This document shows, in pieces, positions 22,684 to 32,338 of a stretch of 64,000 bases of DNA. The stretch is from Methanobacteriota archaeon (GTDB lineage: Archaea; Thermoplasmatota; Thermoplasmata; SG8-5; JAGLSY01): positions 32,001 to 96,000 of the forward strand of contig JAEHCO010000005.1 in assembly GCA_020697715.1 (NCBI GenBank). The letters are read 5' to 3'. The notes under the pieces were generated by a model that ran no database searches, had not been told where the DNA came from, and was given only the letters and a program-made list of their open reading frames with translations. Numbering within the stretch: the first letter of the stretch is position 1; the number at the start of each line of letters is the position of its first letter. The position numbers were made by a program, and so were the translations under genes.

Positions 22684-22743
22684 CAATAGCACATTTGTCA
22701 TGTTTTTATTAAGTTAATATACCACAATGCACATATTTGACAT
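22684..22743 (+). promoter_or_regulatory. Imperfect direct repeat upstream of the gdhA TATA box; candidate operator
   Basis: CAATAGCACATTTGTCAT (22684-22701) and CAATGCACATATTTGACAT (22725-22743), followed by TTATATATTAA near 22762. Confidence 0.4.
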
Positions 22744-22813
22744 TATAACTGTGATATTATCTTATATATTAAATTCTATTTTATTGGTATCATAATCCCA
22801 GGAGGGATCATAT

Positions 22814-24100
22814 ATGGCAGATGACGGATACAACGCATTTGAGATAGAACAGGAACAGTTTGATCGAATGGCTGATAGTTTAGAGCTGGATAAGAGCGTG
22901 AGAGACCTATTGCGTTCACCCATTAGGGAATATCATTTCAATATTCCTGTTAAAATGGATGATGGCACTTTCAGGATCTTCAAAGGTTTTAGGATCCAGC
23001 ATAATGATGCCCGTGGCCCATGTAAAGGAGGAATAAGGTTCCACCCTCAGGAGACCGCGGATTCCGTGAGGGCACTTTCAATGTGGATGACCTGGAAATG
23101 CTCACTTGTGAACATCCCTCTGGGTGGAGGAAAGGGCGGGGTCATCTGTGACCCTCATAACCTTTCACAGAGAGAGCAGGAGAACCTGTGTAGGGGATGG
23201 GTTCGTCAAGTATACAAGAACCTTGGCCCGGACAATGACATTCCAGCCCCAGATGTGATGACCAATAGCCAGCACATGCTTTGGATGTTGGATGAATATG
23301 AGGCCATCAGCGGAGGTAGATACCCCGGAGCTATCACCGGAAAGCCTGTTGGAATGGGCGGCTCACTTGGCCGAACTGAGGCAACAGGTTATGGTGTAGT
23401 ATTTGTGCTGAGAGAAGCCCTTAAGGAATTAGAGATGGACATATCCAAGACCACAGCTTCTGTCCAGGGATTCGGCAATGTTGCCCAATATGCTATTGAA
23501 CTCTTTATCAAATATGGTGGAAAAGTCGTTTCAGTCTCTTGCTGGGATCAGAATGACCAAACAACATATGCATTTTTTAAACAAGATGGCATAGATCTGA
23601 AAGAATTGAGGAAGATAACCAATCGTTATGGAACAGTGGAAAAATCCAGGGCGGAGGAATTGGGCTACAAGGTATTGCCTGGTGATGACTGGCTGAAGCA
23701 GGATGTAGATATTCTCATACCAGCCGCACTAGAGAACTCGATCCATAAGGACAATGTCAAGGACATAAGCAATAAGGTCAAGATCATTGCAGAAGGTGCT
23801 AATGGACCAACAACACCAGAAGCTGATGAGCATCTCTATAGCAATGATGTTCTGGTGATACCGTGCTTCCTGGCCAATGCAGGCGGAGTGGTATGTAGCT
23901 ACTTCGAACAGGTCCAATCCAATACCAATTATTTCTGGCCAAAGGACGAGGTCCTGGGAAAGCTGGACGATAAGATGACAGATGCCTACTATGCAGTCAT
24001 CGAACTGAAAAAGAGAAGAAATATTCCTATGCGAGATGCGGCCTATATGATCGCCATATCGCGCGTAGCAGAGGCCTGCCATTTACGTGGCTGGGCATGA
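22814..24100 (+). CDS. gdhA: Glutamate dehydrogenase (Glu/Leu/Phe/Val family)
   Basis: RGPCKGGIRFHP, MTWK, GGGKGG, DIPAPDV, GGSLGRTEATGYG, QGFGNVA, EGANGPTT, NAGGV..SYFE. Confidence 0.96.
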   Translation: MADDGYNAFEIEQEQFDRMADSLELDKSVRDLLRSPIREYHFNIPVKMDDGTFRIFKGFRIQHNDARGPCKGGIRFHPQETADSVRALSMWMTWKCSLVNIPLGGGKGGVICDPHNLSQREQENLCRGWVRQVYKNLGPDNDIPAPDVMTNSQHMLWMLDEYEAISGGRYPGAITGKPVGMGGSLGRTEATGYGVVFVLREALKELEMDISKTTASVQGFGNVAQYAIELFIKYGGKVVSVSCWDQNDQTTYAFFKQDGIDLKELRKITNRYGTVEKSRAEELGYKVLPGDDWLKQDVDILIPAALENSIHKDNVKDISNKVKIIAEGANGPTTPEADEHLYSNDVLVIPCFLANAGGVVCSYFEQVQSNTNYFWPKDEVLGKLDDKMTDAYYAVIELKKRRNIPMRDAAYMIAISRVAEACHLRGWA

Positions 24101-24116
24101 TAATGGAAAGGGAACG

Positions 24117-27100
24117 ATGATCAAAAAATTCGATGAGATCGAAAAGATCATAGCTGAAGCAGCTAATAACAAAAAGGCAGGGGAGGTTAGTTCAACCTCG
24201 AGAGCAGGTAGCACTGCCTCTCCACGCCTCATCAGGAATATTCTCCTACTTTGTACTGAATATGATTATTTCATTCTGGAGGAGGAGGGTAGATTGACAT
24301 CACTCTTTCGTAAGATGTACGACCACATTGGGGGTAACCCCCCAAAGATAATCAAGGCAGAAAATGAGAAAGCCTTGTTGTCCATCCTGAAAACAAAGGA
24401 CATTGATGTTCTGATCATGTTCAAACCTCCAATTGAAATGGATGCATTTGCCCTGGCCAGGAAGGTTAAAGATCAAAAACCAGATCTGCCAATAGTTCTG
24501 GTTGATAATAATACAGAAGACCTTGATGAGCTGGTTGAAGCAAATACTGGTGAAACCATTGATTGGATATTCACATGGTTCGGTGATGGTAAGATATTCC
24601 TTAACATAACACAGTTCATAGAGGATCAGCAAAATTTTGGATCAGATACACCAATTCTCCCTCAAAGAGTGCTGATCATTGCCGAGTCTCCAAGATATTA
24701 TTCTAATCTATTGTCAGAGGCCTATGAAGCAATATGGGGTCAACTTAACAGTATTTTGCCAGAGGATATGCCATCTCCTTTGGAAAGCAGGCTCAGAAGG
24801 AGATATCCCCAGGTCCTTATTGCAGATTCCACCAAAGTAGCCAAAACGATATTTGCTGAAAACCTAGACGATATTCTCTGTGTTATAATCGACATTGACC
24901 AATCTAATATTGAGAAAAATGAATCATTACTATATCAATTCATAGAAAGAGTTGTAGAGACCAAACCTTCAGCTCCTACGTTGTTGTTATCCTCAGATTC
25001 TAATTGGCAATCAATGTCAGAATCAAGTGAAATAGATTTCTTACAAAAGGGCTCTCCTAATTATATTGGCAAGATACGGAACTTCATTCAGGATTCTTTG
25101 GGTTCCAAGGACTTATCCATTTCGGATAAGGATGGAGCAGAATTGATAAGAATTGAAGATATCAAGACCTTTGAAAAAGCCATTTGGACAATGCCTGCCC
25201 CCATCCTTCTAGATCACTCTCACAACAATAGTTTGATAAGATGGCTTATTTCGAGATTGGAGTTCGAGCTAGCACATGAATTTAAAACCATTATTTCAAT
25301 AGAAGATGAGCCTGAAATACTCCGAAAGAACATGACCGATGCCATGGAACAACACAGGCGAGATCTCAATAAGGGGGTGGTATCAAAATACTCTCGAAGA
25401 ACCTATGGAGAGCATTCAAGATTCTGTCGGATCGGCAAAGGTGCCATGGGGGGAAAGGCTAGAGGGCTTGCTTTCATGGACAAGATAATATCAAATTATC
25501 TGGAGAATGGCTTGTTCAGGAATTTGAATATCTCAATGCCCAGGACCATTGTCATCTGTTCGGATATCTTCGATTCATTCCTTGAGGATAATGACCTGGT
25601 TAACGAAGAGCTCTACTTCATGTCTGATGAAAGAATAGCAATGAAATTCATGGAAGCTGACCTACCACCAATATTACTTGGTGATCTTAGAGCCTTCGTC
25701 AGAGAGACAAAGGTTCCCATTGTCGTACGTTCGTCAAGCCTACTGGAGGATGCTTTGAACCATCCATTTGCAGGGGTTTATTCATCCCTTCTTCTACCAA
25801 ATGAATCATGGGAAACAGATCTAAGATTCCAGGAGCTTTGCAATGCTGTAAAATATGTGTTTGCCTCAGTCTTCTTCCAAAAGGCCAGAACTTACATGGA
25901 AACAACCCCCAACACGATAGAGGATGAGAAGATGGCTGTCATTATCCAGGAACTCATTGGCCAGAAATATGGTGATGTTTTCTACCCCACGATTTCCGGT
26001 GTAACGAAATCATACGAATATTATCCATCTGGCTCATGTAAGAACACAGATGGTGTGGTCAACTTGGCTTTGGGGCTAGGGAAGGCCGTGGTAGATGGAA
26101 GTAGCACATTCAGGTTCTGCCCGATGCATCCCAAGGTCCACAAATACGGAACTGTGAAAGAACTTCTGGGTCAATCCCAAAAGAAGTTCTATGCTGTGGA
26201 TCTGACCTCTTATGTTAATATTGTTCAGCGGGATGAGGATAGTGCCTTGGTCAAATTAGACTTGACAACAGCTGAGGAGCATGGCATACTGGATCATACG
26301 GCCTCTACATATTCGAATGAAAGATTATATCCCGGAATTGGGAGAGATGGTTCCAGAGTCATTGATTTCGCACCCATTCGTGAGCTGGGTATCATACCCC
26401 TTCCTAAGGCGATCCACATGCTCCTTCAAGTCGGTGAAATAGCCATAGGAACACCAGTGGAGATAGAATTTGCAGTCAATATCCATCCAGAACCCAAGCG
26501 ACCAGTCGATCTATATCTGTTACAAATTAGAAGTATGTTCTCCAATGTGGCTACCCAGGAAGTGGAGATCGGCCAGCATGATGAGAAGAATATCATCTGC
26601 TATACCGAGAATGTGCTTGGTAATGGTATAATTGATAATATCAAGGATATTGTTTTTGTCAAGCCTGAAGGATTTGAATTATCCAAAAACCAATCCATTG
26701 TTCCACAGATAAGGAAATTGAATAAAAAATTGATGGAAAGTAAAACCCCATACATTCTGATAGGCCCAGGCCGATGGGGATCCACAGACCAATGGCTAGG
26801 AATACCAGTAACCTGGAGTGACATAGCAGGAGCGAAGATCATAGTAGAAACCCCTGTGAAAGAGAGAATAATCGATCCATCCCAGGGTTCGCATTTCTTC
26901 CATAATATGACATCCGCTCACATCGGATATTTCACAATAACTCCATTTGGAAAAGGAACCATTGATTGGGATTGGCTGGGAGAACTTCCCACTGCTGAAG
27001 AGACCGAGAATCTGAAGCATATTCGCTTTGACACTCCCTTGGAAGTACGAATAGATGGCAATCATGGTCTCGGTGTGATACTGAAAAAGCTTTCGAAAGA

Positions 27101-27128
27101 AGTAATGGAGGTTGCTGAAGATGAATGA
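24117..27128 (+). CDS. PPDK/PEP-synthase-type ATP-grasp protein with N-terminal receiver-like domains; no pyruvate-binding barrel
   Basis: GGKARGLAF, VRSSSLLED, FAGVYSS, MAVIIQ, GLGKAVVDG, VEIEFA, LLQIR. C-terminal GPGRWGS...SQGSHFF. Confidence 0.85.
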   Translation: MIKKFDEIEKIIAEAANNKKAGEVSSTSRAGSTASPRLIRNILLLCTEYDYFILEEEGRLTSLFRKMYDHIGGNPPKIIKAENEKALLSILKTKDIDVLIMFKPPIEMDAFALARKVKDQKPDLPIVLVDNNTEDLDELVEANTGETIDWIFTWFGDGKIFLNITQFIEDQQNFGSDTPILPQRVLIIAESPRYYSNLLSEAYEAIWGQLNSILPEDMPSPLESRLRRRYPQVLIADSTKVAKTIFAENLDDILCVIIDIDQSNIEKNESLLYQFIERVVETKPSAPTLLLSSDSNWQSMSESSEIDFLQKGSPNYIGKIRNFIQDSLGSKDLSISDKDGAELIRIEDIKTFEKAIWTMPAPILLDHSHNNSLIRWLISRLEFELAHEFKTIISIEDEPEILRKNMTDAMEQHRRDLNKGVVSKYSRRTYGEHSRFCRIGKGAMGGKARGLAFMDKIISNYLENGLFRNLNISMPRTIVICSDIFDSFLEDNDLVNEELYFMSDERIAMKFMEADLPPILLGDLRAFVRETKVPIVVRSSSLLEDALNHPFAGVYSSLLLPNESWETDLRFQELCNAVKYVFASVFFQKARTYMETTPNTIEDEKMAVIIQELIGQKYGDVFYPTISGVTKSYEYYPSGSCKNTDGVVNLALGLGKAVVDGSSTFRFCPMHPKVHKYGTVKELLGQSQKKFYAVDLTSYVNIVQRDEDSALVKLDLTTAEEHGILDHTASTYSNERLYPGIGRDGSRVIDFAPIRELGIIPLPKAIHMLLQVGEIAIGTPVEIEFAVNIHPEPKRPVDLYLLQIRSMFSNVATQEVEIGQHDEKNIICYTENVLGNGIIDNIKDIVFVKPEGFELSKNQSIVPQIRKLNKKLMESKTPYILIGPGRWGSTDQWLGIPVTWSDIAGAKIIVETPVKERIIDPSQGSHFFHNMTSAHIGYFTITPFGKGTIDWDWLGELPTAEETENLKHIRFDTPLEVRIDGNHGLGVILKKLSKEVMEVAEDE

Positions 27129-30100
27129 TGGCCAGATATCAGGAAATGGTGCAGAACAGAGGCTTGAAGAGAGAATAAAGGAGCTCAATTGCATATATGG
27201 TATATCCGCAATCACTCAAGATGAAAGCATCACCCTAAATGAAGCACTACAGGATATTCTCCAGCTGATCTCCCAAGCTTGGCAGTATCCCAATTCCACA
27301 TATGCTCGAATTATCATAGATGATGAAGTTCATTCAACACCAAATTATAAAGAAACGCCCTGGCTACAATCAACCCAAATAAAGCATGGAGGAAAAATCA
27401 AGGGCATTATAGAGGTCGGCTATCTTGAAGAGATGCCAGCCATGGATGAAGGACCATTCTTAGCAGAGGAAAGAAAGTTACTCAAAGCCATTTCAGAGTT
27501 GATTGGAAACTTCATTGCACAAAGACAGATCCGTGATAGACTAAATAATAACAATAATAACATCAACAAGGCAGCTGATAAAGATGACTGGGAAATAATC
27601 TTGGGCATATTGATGAAGACAGACCCAAGAAGTTCTCTTCGAATTACAAGGCGCATGATATATCATCTTTACAGAATCCAGAACGAAGAAATTGCAGCTA
27701 TTGTGAACAGTATATGCCAGCTGGACGAGGCAGATTCTGAGTGGTGTGGGATCAATATACCCAATCCCAGAAAGGATATTGTAGCCTTGAAAAAAATACA
27801 AGCAGAGGTTTTTAAAATTGCGAAGGACGCTTTACCACCTGAGGAGATATCAAATCTATTCAATATGTGGCTGAAGGCTGATAAAGCTCGCCCTCTTCTT
27901 CTGGCTTCTCAAAAGCAAAGTATTCCTTTGACAGAGATCACAAGTGAACTCAATAGGTTCTGGGATATGCCGGAGGATGCCAGAACACTACTTCCTGAGG
28001 ATGATATATCCATATCCACAGCCCTCATACGTCGATTTTTCACCAGTAGGCTTGATTTCATCAACAATGCAAAAAAATACATTGGTGTTGGAGATTTTGT
28101 CAGTCTTTTAAAGACAGTTGTTGGTCCCCCTGAAGGAGAAGGAAAGCTGGGTGGAAAGATATCTGGTGTATATCTTGCTGAAAAAATAATCGAGATGGAA
28201 AAAATAACCCATGAGCACCTGCGGGATGTGAAATTCGCTGATAGCTGGTATATCACTTCAGACACACTGATAGATGTGATCCATTACAATGATCTGGATG
28301 ATATGGTACACATAAAATATCTTGATCCAAGCGAGATACGCCAGGAGCACCCATTTCTGGAACAACTCTTCAAAAATTCAATATTCCCTCCTGAGATCGA
28401 GAAAGGCCTTAACAGGATATTGAGAAATATTGGAGACAATCCAATAATCGTAAGGTCATCCAGCCTTCTTGAGGACAGCTTTGGAGCTGCATTCTCTGGA
28501 AAATACAAAAGCTTGTTTTTGGTCAATAAGGGTACATTGGAGGAAAAGAGAAACGCACTCATGGATGCAATATTAGAGGTTTATGCATCTACATTTGCCC
28601 CGGATCCCATTGAATACAGGAGAGAGCGTGGACTCCTTGACTTCTCGGAAGAGATGGGGATATTGATCCAGAAGGTCGTTGGAACGAAAATAGGCCCTTA
28701 TTACATCCCGGCATTTGCAGGTGTGGCCTTCAGCAACAATGAGTTCCGATGGTCTCCGAGAATAAGAAGAGAGGATGGAATAATCAGAATGGTCGCTGGC
28801 CTTGGAACAAGAGCTGTGGATAGGGTCGGAGATGATTATCCTGTATTGGTATCTCCCAATAAGCCAGATATTCAGGTGAATGCCCTTGTTGATGAATCTA
28901 TTCAATATTCACAGCATTTCATGGATGTCATTAATATTGAAAAGGGAACCTTTGAAACAGTAAGCTCCCTGGATCTCATTAGAGAATATTGGGATGTTTA
29001 TCCAATAATAACCAAAATAGTTTCCATACATCGTGATGGAATACTCAGACCAGTCACAGGTGTATTGATGGATATCGAAGATGCGGATCTTGTCATAACC
29101 TTCTCTGGGTTGATAGAAAAAACTTCTTTCATCAAACAGATCAAAAGTGTTTTAAATATTTTGCAGGAAAAGATGGGAACCCCAGTAGACGTGGAGTTCG
29201 CACACGATGGTGAAAAACTTCACATATTACAGTGTCGTCCTCAAAGCTTTGGCAAGGAGACAGTACGAGTCCCAATACCAAAGAACATACCCAATAACAG
29301 GAAGATATTCTCAGCAAGTAAATACGTAACTAACAGCCACATAAAAAATATCGAATATATGGTCTATGTGAGGCCTAGTGCATATGATGCTTTGAGCGAG
29401 AGAAACGATATGCTGAATGTGGCCAAAGCCGTGGGTGGTCTAAATAAGGCTCTTCCAAAAGGTAGGTTCATCCTAATGGGGCCTGGCCGATGGGGAAGCC
29501 GAGGAGACATCAAGTTGGGTGTGCCTATTTCATATAGTGACATTAACAACACTTCACTTCTGATAGAGATAGCTATCAAAAAAGGAGGTTATCTACCTGA
29601 CCTCTCCTTTGGCACGCACTTCTTCCAGGATCTCGTCGAGGCAGATATCCATTATCTACCACTTTATCCTGACGATCCAGATTCTATATTCAATGAAAAT
29701 CTGATGAACATGGCCCCCAATAGGCTTGGTGAATTACTACCAAAATACAAGGATATGGAACATGTGATCCAGGTAATTCAGATCGCAGATATCTCTGATG
29801 GTGGGACCATGAATGTCGTAATGGACGGGGAAGCGAATGATGCACTTGCCTATGTCATGCCACCTGATCACTGGACCTGGAGGATGAAGAAGGTCGAGGA
29901 ATTAGGCAATATGCTGGATGCCGAATTGTATGGGGTTGAAGCATTTTATGTCTTCGGGAGCACCAAAGAAGCAACTGCTGGCCCGGCAAGTGACATTGAT
30001 CTTCTGATACATTTCAACGGAAATGAGGAACAGAGAGAGAGTCTTCTATCCTGGCTCCATGAACGTGGTGTCAAGTTGGGAAAGGAGAATAAAGAAAGGA

Positions 30101-30237
30101 CAGGGGGCCAGACAGATGACATACTGGATGTTCACATAATCACAGATGAAGATATTAAGAACAAGAGTTCATGGGCAGTGCATATTAACTCTCCTCATAG
30201 TGCTGCAAAGAAGATACCATTAAGAAATGATAACTAA
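27121..30237 (+). CDS. Paralogous PPDK-type ATP-grasp protein with N-terminal GAF-like sensor segment and C-terminal Pol-beta-type nucleotidyltransferase domain
   Basis: LEERIKELNCIYGIS...EGPFLAEERKLL; LGGKISG, VRSSSLLED.FGAAFSGKY, GLGTRAVD, DVEFA, LQCRP, GPGRWGS, SFGTHFF; then YVFGSTKEATAGPASDIDLLIH. Confidence 0.85.
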   Translation: MNDGQISGNGAEQRLEERIKELNCIYGISAITQDESITLNEALQDILQLISQAWQYPNSTYARIIIDDEVHSTPNYKETPWLQSTQIKHGGKIKGIIEVGYLEEMPAMDEGPFLAEERKLLKAISELIGNFIAQRQIRDRLNNNNNNINKAADKDDWEIILGILMKTDPRSSLRITRRMIYHLYRIQNEEIAAIVNSICQLDEADSEWCGINIPNPRKDIVALKKIQAEVFKIAKDALPPEEISNLFNMWLKADKARPLLLASQKQSIPLTEITSELNRFWDMPEDARTLLPEDDISISTALIRRFFTSRLDFINNAKKYIGVGDFVSLLKTVVGPPEGEGKLGGKISGVYLAEKIIEMEKITHEHLRDVKFADSWYITSDTLIDVIHYNDLDDMVHIKYLDPSEIRQEHPFLEQLFKNSIFPPEIEKGLNRILRNIGDNPIIVRSSSLLEDSFGAAFSGKYKSLFLVNKGTLEEKRNALMDAILEVYASTFAPDPIEYRRERGLLDFSEEMGILIQKVVGTKIGPYYIPAFAGVAFSNNEFRWSPRIRREDGIIRMVAGLGTRAVDRVGDDYPVLVSPNKPDIQVNALVDESIQYSQHFMDVINIEKGTFETVSSLDLIREYWDVYPIITKIVSIHRDGILRPVTGVLMDIEDADLVITFSGLIEKTSFIKQIKSVLNILQEKMGTPVDVEFAHDGEKLHILQCRPQSFGKETVRVPIPKNIPNNRKIFSASKYVTNSHIKNIEYMVYVRPSAYDALSERNDMLNVAKAVGGLNKALPKGRFILMGPGRWGSRGDIKLGVPISYSDINNTSLLIEIAIKKGGYLPDLSFGTHFFQDLVEADIHYLPLYPDDPDSIFNENLMNMAPNRLGELLPKYKDMEHVIQVIQIADISDGGTMNVVMDGEANDALAYVMPPDHWTWRMKKVEELGNMLDAELYGVEAFYVFGSTKEATAGPASDIDLLIHFNGNEEQRESLLSWLHERGVKLGKENKERTGGQTDDILDVHIITDEDIKNKSSWAVHINSPHSAAKKIPLRNDN

Positions 30238-31088
30238 TCTATTGAGATAAGTTCTCTTGTTGCATTGGCCAGGTCATCTGTATCGAACCTTATCAAAGCG
30301 ATCTCTGAACCATCATGGGCAGCATTGAAGGAGTGCGTTTTCCCTTTCATTTCACGCCATTGGCCAGTCAATCTGGCAGATTCATGAATATGCCCATGCA
30401 GTGTGAGCAATGGCTGTTTTTCATCTATGAAACGCTGAACCGCGATACTTCCCACATGAATGTCCATGGGGGCATGATCAACTTTCATGCCATCCAATGC
30501 CGCCCTATCTAAATTGGAATCATAAGGTGGAGCGTGGAATAGGTAAATCGTCCTATCTGGGGGAGAGGCCAGGGCTAGCTTTTTTAGATCATTGGCAATG
30601 GTGGCTGTTCTGATTTCTTTTTCAGGTACTTGCACTGTACGGACACCTTCCTCTGGTGAAACACAGCCCACATCCACATGTCTTGAAACATCATAACGCT
30701 CCCAATCCTTGAATTGGAATGGAGTGGGGTTAACATAAGAATAGCCAGTGATGTACAAATTATCAAAAGAAATTGTACGATCGTGCAGATATTCTATCAA
30801 TCCGGATTTATCTGCCTCTAGGAACAATGCTTCATACTGGCGTGGGTCATCATTCCCCATTATGACGAAGAAACGAGTTTTGGATCCATTGGCTTCTGAA
30901 TAAACCTTGATAAGTGAAAATAATTCATTCTCTAAGAAGAGCTCTGGGTCTTCCTCCATCCCCAAGCCACTTGGGAAGATATCCCCTCCAAACAAAACTG
31001 CATCTGGCTCTTCGATGGAAATTATCTTAAATAATTTCCTGTATTTGTCAACATTCCCATGTAGGTCCGAGACGAAAAAGCATTTCAA
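30234..31088 (-). CDS. Calcineurin-like metallophosphoesterase
   Basis: SDLHG, GGD, GNDD, HAPPY, HGHIHE. Its stop overlaps the stop of the convergent gene. Confidence 0.9.
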   Translation of the reverse strand: MKCFFVSDLHGNVDKYRKLFKIISIEEPDAVLFGGDIFPSGLGMEEDPELFLENELFSLIKVYSEANGSKTRFFVIMGNDDPRQYEALFLEADKSGLIEYLHDRTISFDNLYITGYSYVNPTPFQFKDWERYDVSRHVDVGCVSPEEGVRTVQVPEKEIRTATIANDLKKLALASPPDRTIYLFHAPPYDSNLDRAALDGMKVDHAPMDIHVGSIAVQRFIDEKQPLLTLHGHIHESARLTGQWREMKGKTHSFNAAHDGSEIALIRFDTDDLANATRELISID

Positions 31089-31261
31089 TTTTATTTCCTC
31101 CAGTTCCTGAACATAATCAATAATGAGGGCTTATAAATATTTATTATGTTCTTATATTCGTTAGTATGTTCATGATCTGATTGAGATAGAGGTGAAAAAG
31201 AGTGGTGAATAGGCCATACAATATTCATTCATTTTGATTTTTCATGGAATAACCTCAAGTA

Positions 31262-32170
31262 GTGAATGATACATTTAAAGGCATGGTGCATACTGTGTTA
31301 AACTCAAATGGATCAATGATCGATACTATCAAGAAAAGAACATCTGTTAGAACATATGATGAGCAGAAAATAACAGAAGAGATCTTTGACCAAATAACGA
31401 TCATACTAAAGAAATTCGAGGCTGAGCCAGGTCCCTTTGGAAATTATTCAAGATTTCAGATCCTGAAGCTCGATAATGAAGAGTCTCACCAAGGAGTGAA
31501 ACTGGGCACTTATGGTTTTATTAAAGGTCACATGGCCTATCTTGTGGCGATTTGCTCAAAAGAGAACGAGGCCATAATCGATATGGGATATTCTTTTGAG
31601 AAGGTGATCCTGAACATGACACAGATGGGGCTGGGCACATGCTGGATCGGGGGCACATTCAGCCGAGAATCTTTCATGAAATTCATCGATCTAAAGGACA
31701 ATGAATTCATTGGCGCTATCTCACCAATTGGTTATGGTTCAGATAATAATAGGATCAAGGAAAAAATTATCAGAAGAACCGCAGGTGCGGACAATAGAAA
31801 ATCCTGGGATCAGATGTTTTTCAAAAATGACTTTTCAACAGAGCTGAAAAAAGAACATGCTGGGGAATTGGAGATCGCATTCGAAATGGTGAGATGGGGG
31901 CCATCAGCATCCAATAAACAACCCTGGCGACTTATGTTGGTTGAAGAACAGGACATACGAACAATTCATTTTTATCTGGATTTTGACCCAAAATACACTG
32001 GCAATACTAAGCTGGGATATCCCATACAGAAACTTGACATCGGGATCGCCATGAGTCATTTCGAGGTCTCGGCAATAGAACTCGAAAAAGCAGGAAAATG
32101 GGTATTTGAGGAGCCAGATATGAAGAAGATAAATGATCAATATGAATATGTCGGTAGCTATTCGATATAA
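31262..32170 (+). CDS. Nitroreductase family protein (two-domain)
   Basis: IKKRTSVRTY, GLGTCWIGG, GPSASNKQPWR, DIGIAMSHF. Start may be 31316. Confidence 0.88.
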   Translation: MNDTFKGMVHTVLNSNGSMIDTIKKRTSVRTYDEQKITEEIFDQITIILKKFEAEPGPFGNYSRFQILKLDNEESHQGVKLGTYGFIKGHMAYLVAICSKENEAIIDMGYSFEKVILNMTQMGLGTCWIGGTFSRESFMKFIDLKDNEFIGAISPIGYGSDNNRIKEKIIRRTAGADNRKSWDQMFFKNDFSTELKKEHAGELEIAFEMVRWGPSASNKQPWRLMLVEEQDIRTIHFYLDFDPKYTGNTKLGYPIQKLDIGIAMSHFEVSAIELEKAGKWVFEEPDMKKINDQYEYVGSYSI

Positions 32171-32338
32171 TTGCAATCTGGAACTCGAACTCTCTAAGCA
32201 ATGGAATATGCATAGTGCATGTTATATCTTCATCTCAGAATACCCCGCGGAATACCCATGAAAGAGTTTTATACTTGAGGACAAATATGATGAGTGAATC
32301 TGGCGAATTGCTGGATCTAACATAAAGGAAGGAACATC

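Noticed and set aside
22601-29120. Near-identical ~19-mer TCTCTGGG(G)TTGATAGAAAA at ~22601 and ~29102
   Set aside because: Both lie inside unrelated coding sequences (both encode GLIEK) with no flanking similarity; treated as chance.
24117-30237. Annotation as ppsA/ppdK (PEP synthase or pyruvate phosphate dikinase)
   Set aside because: Neither protein has the C-terminal PEP/pyruvate-binding barrel or the canonical GG.TSHAA motif.
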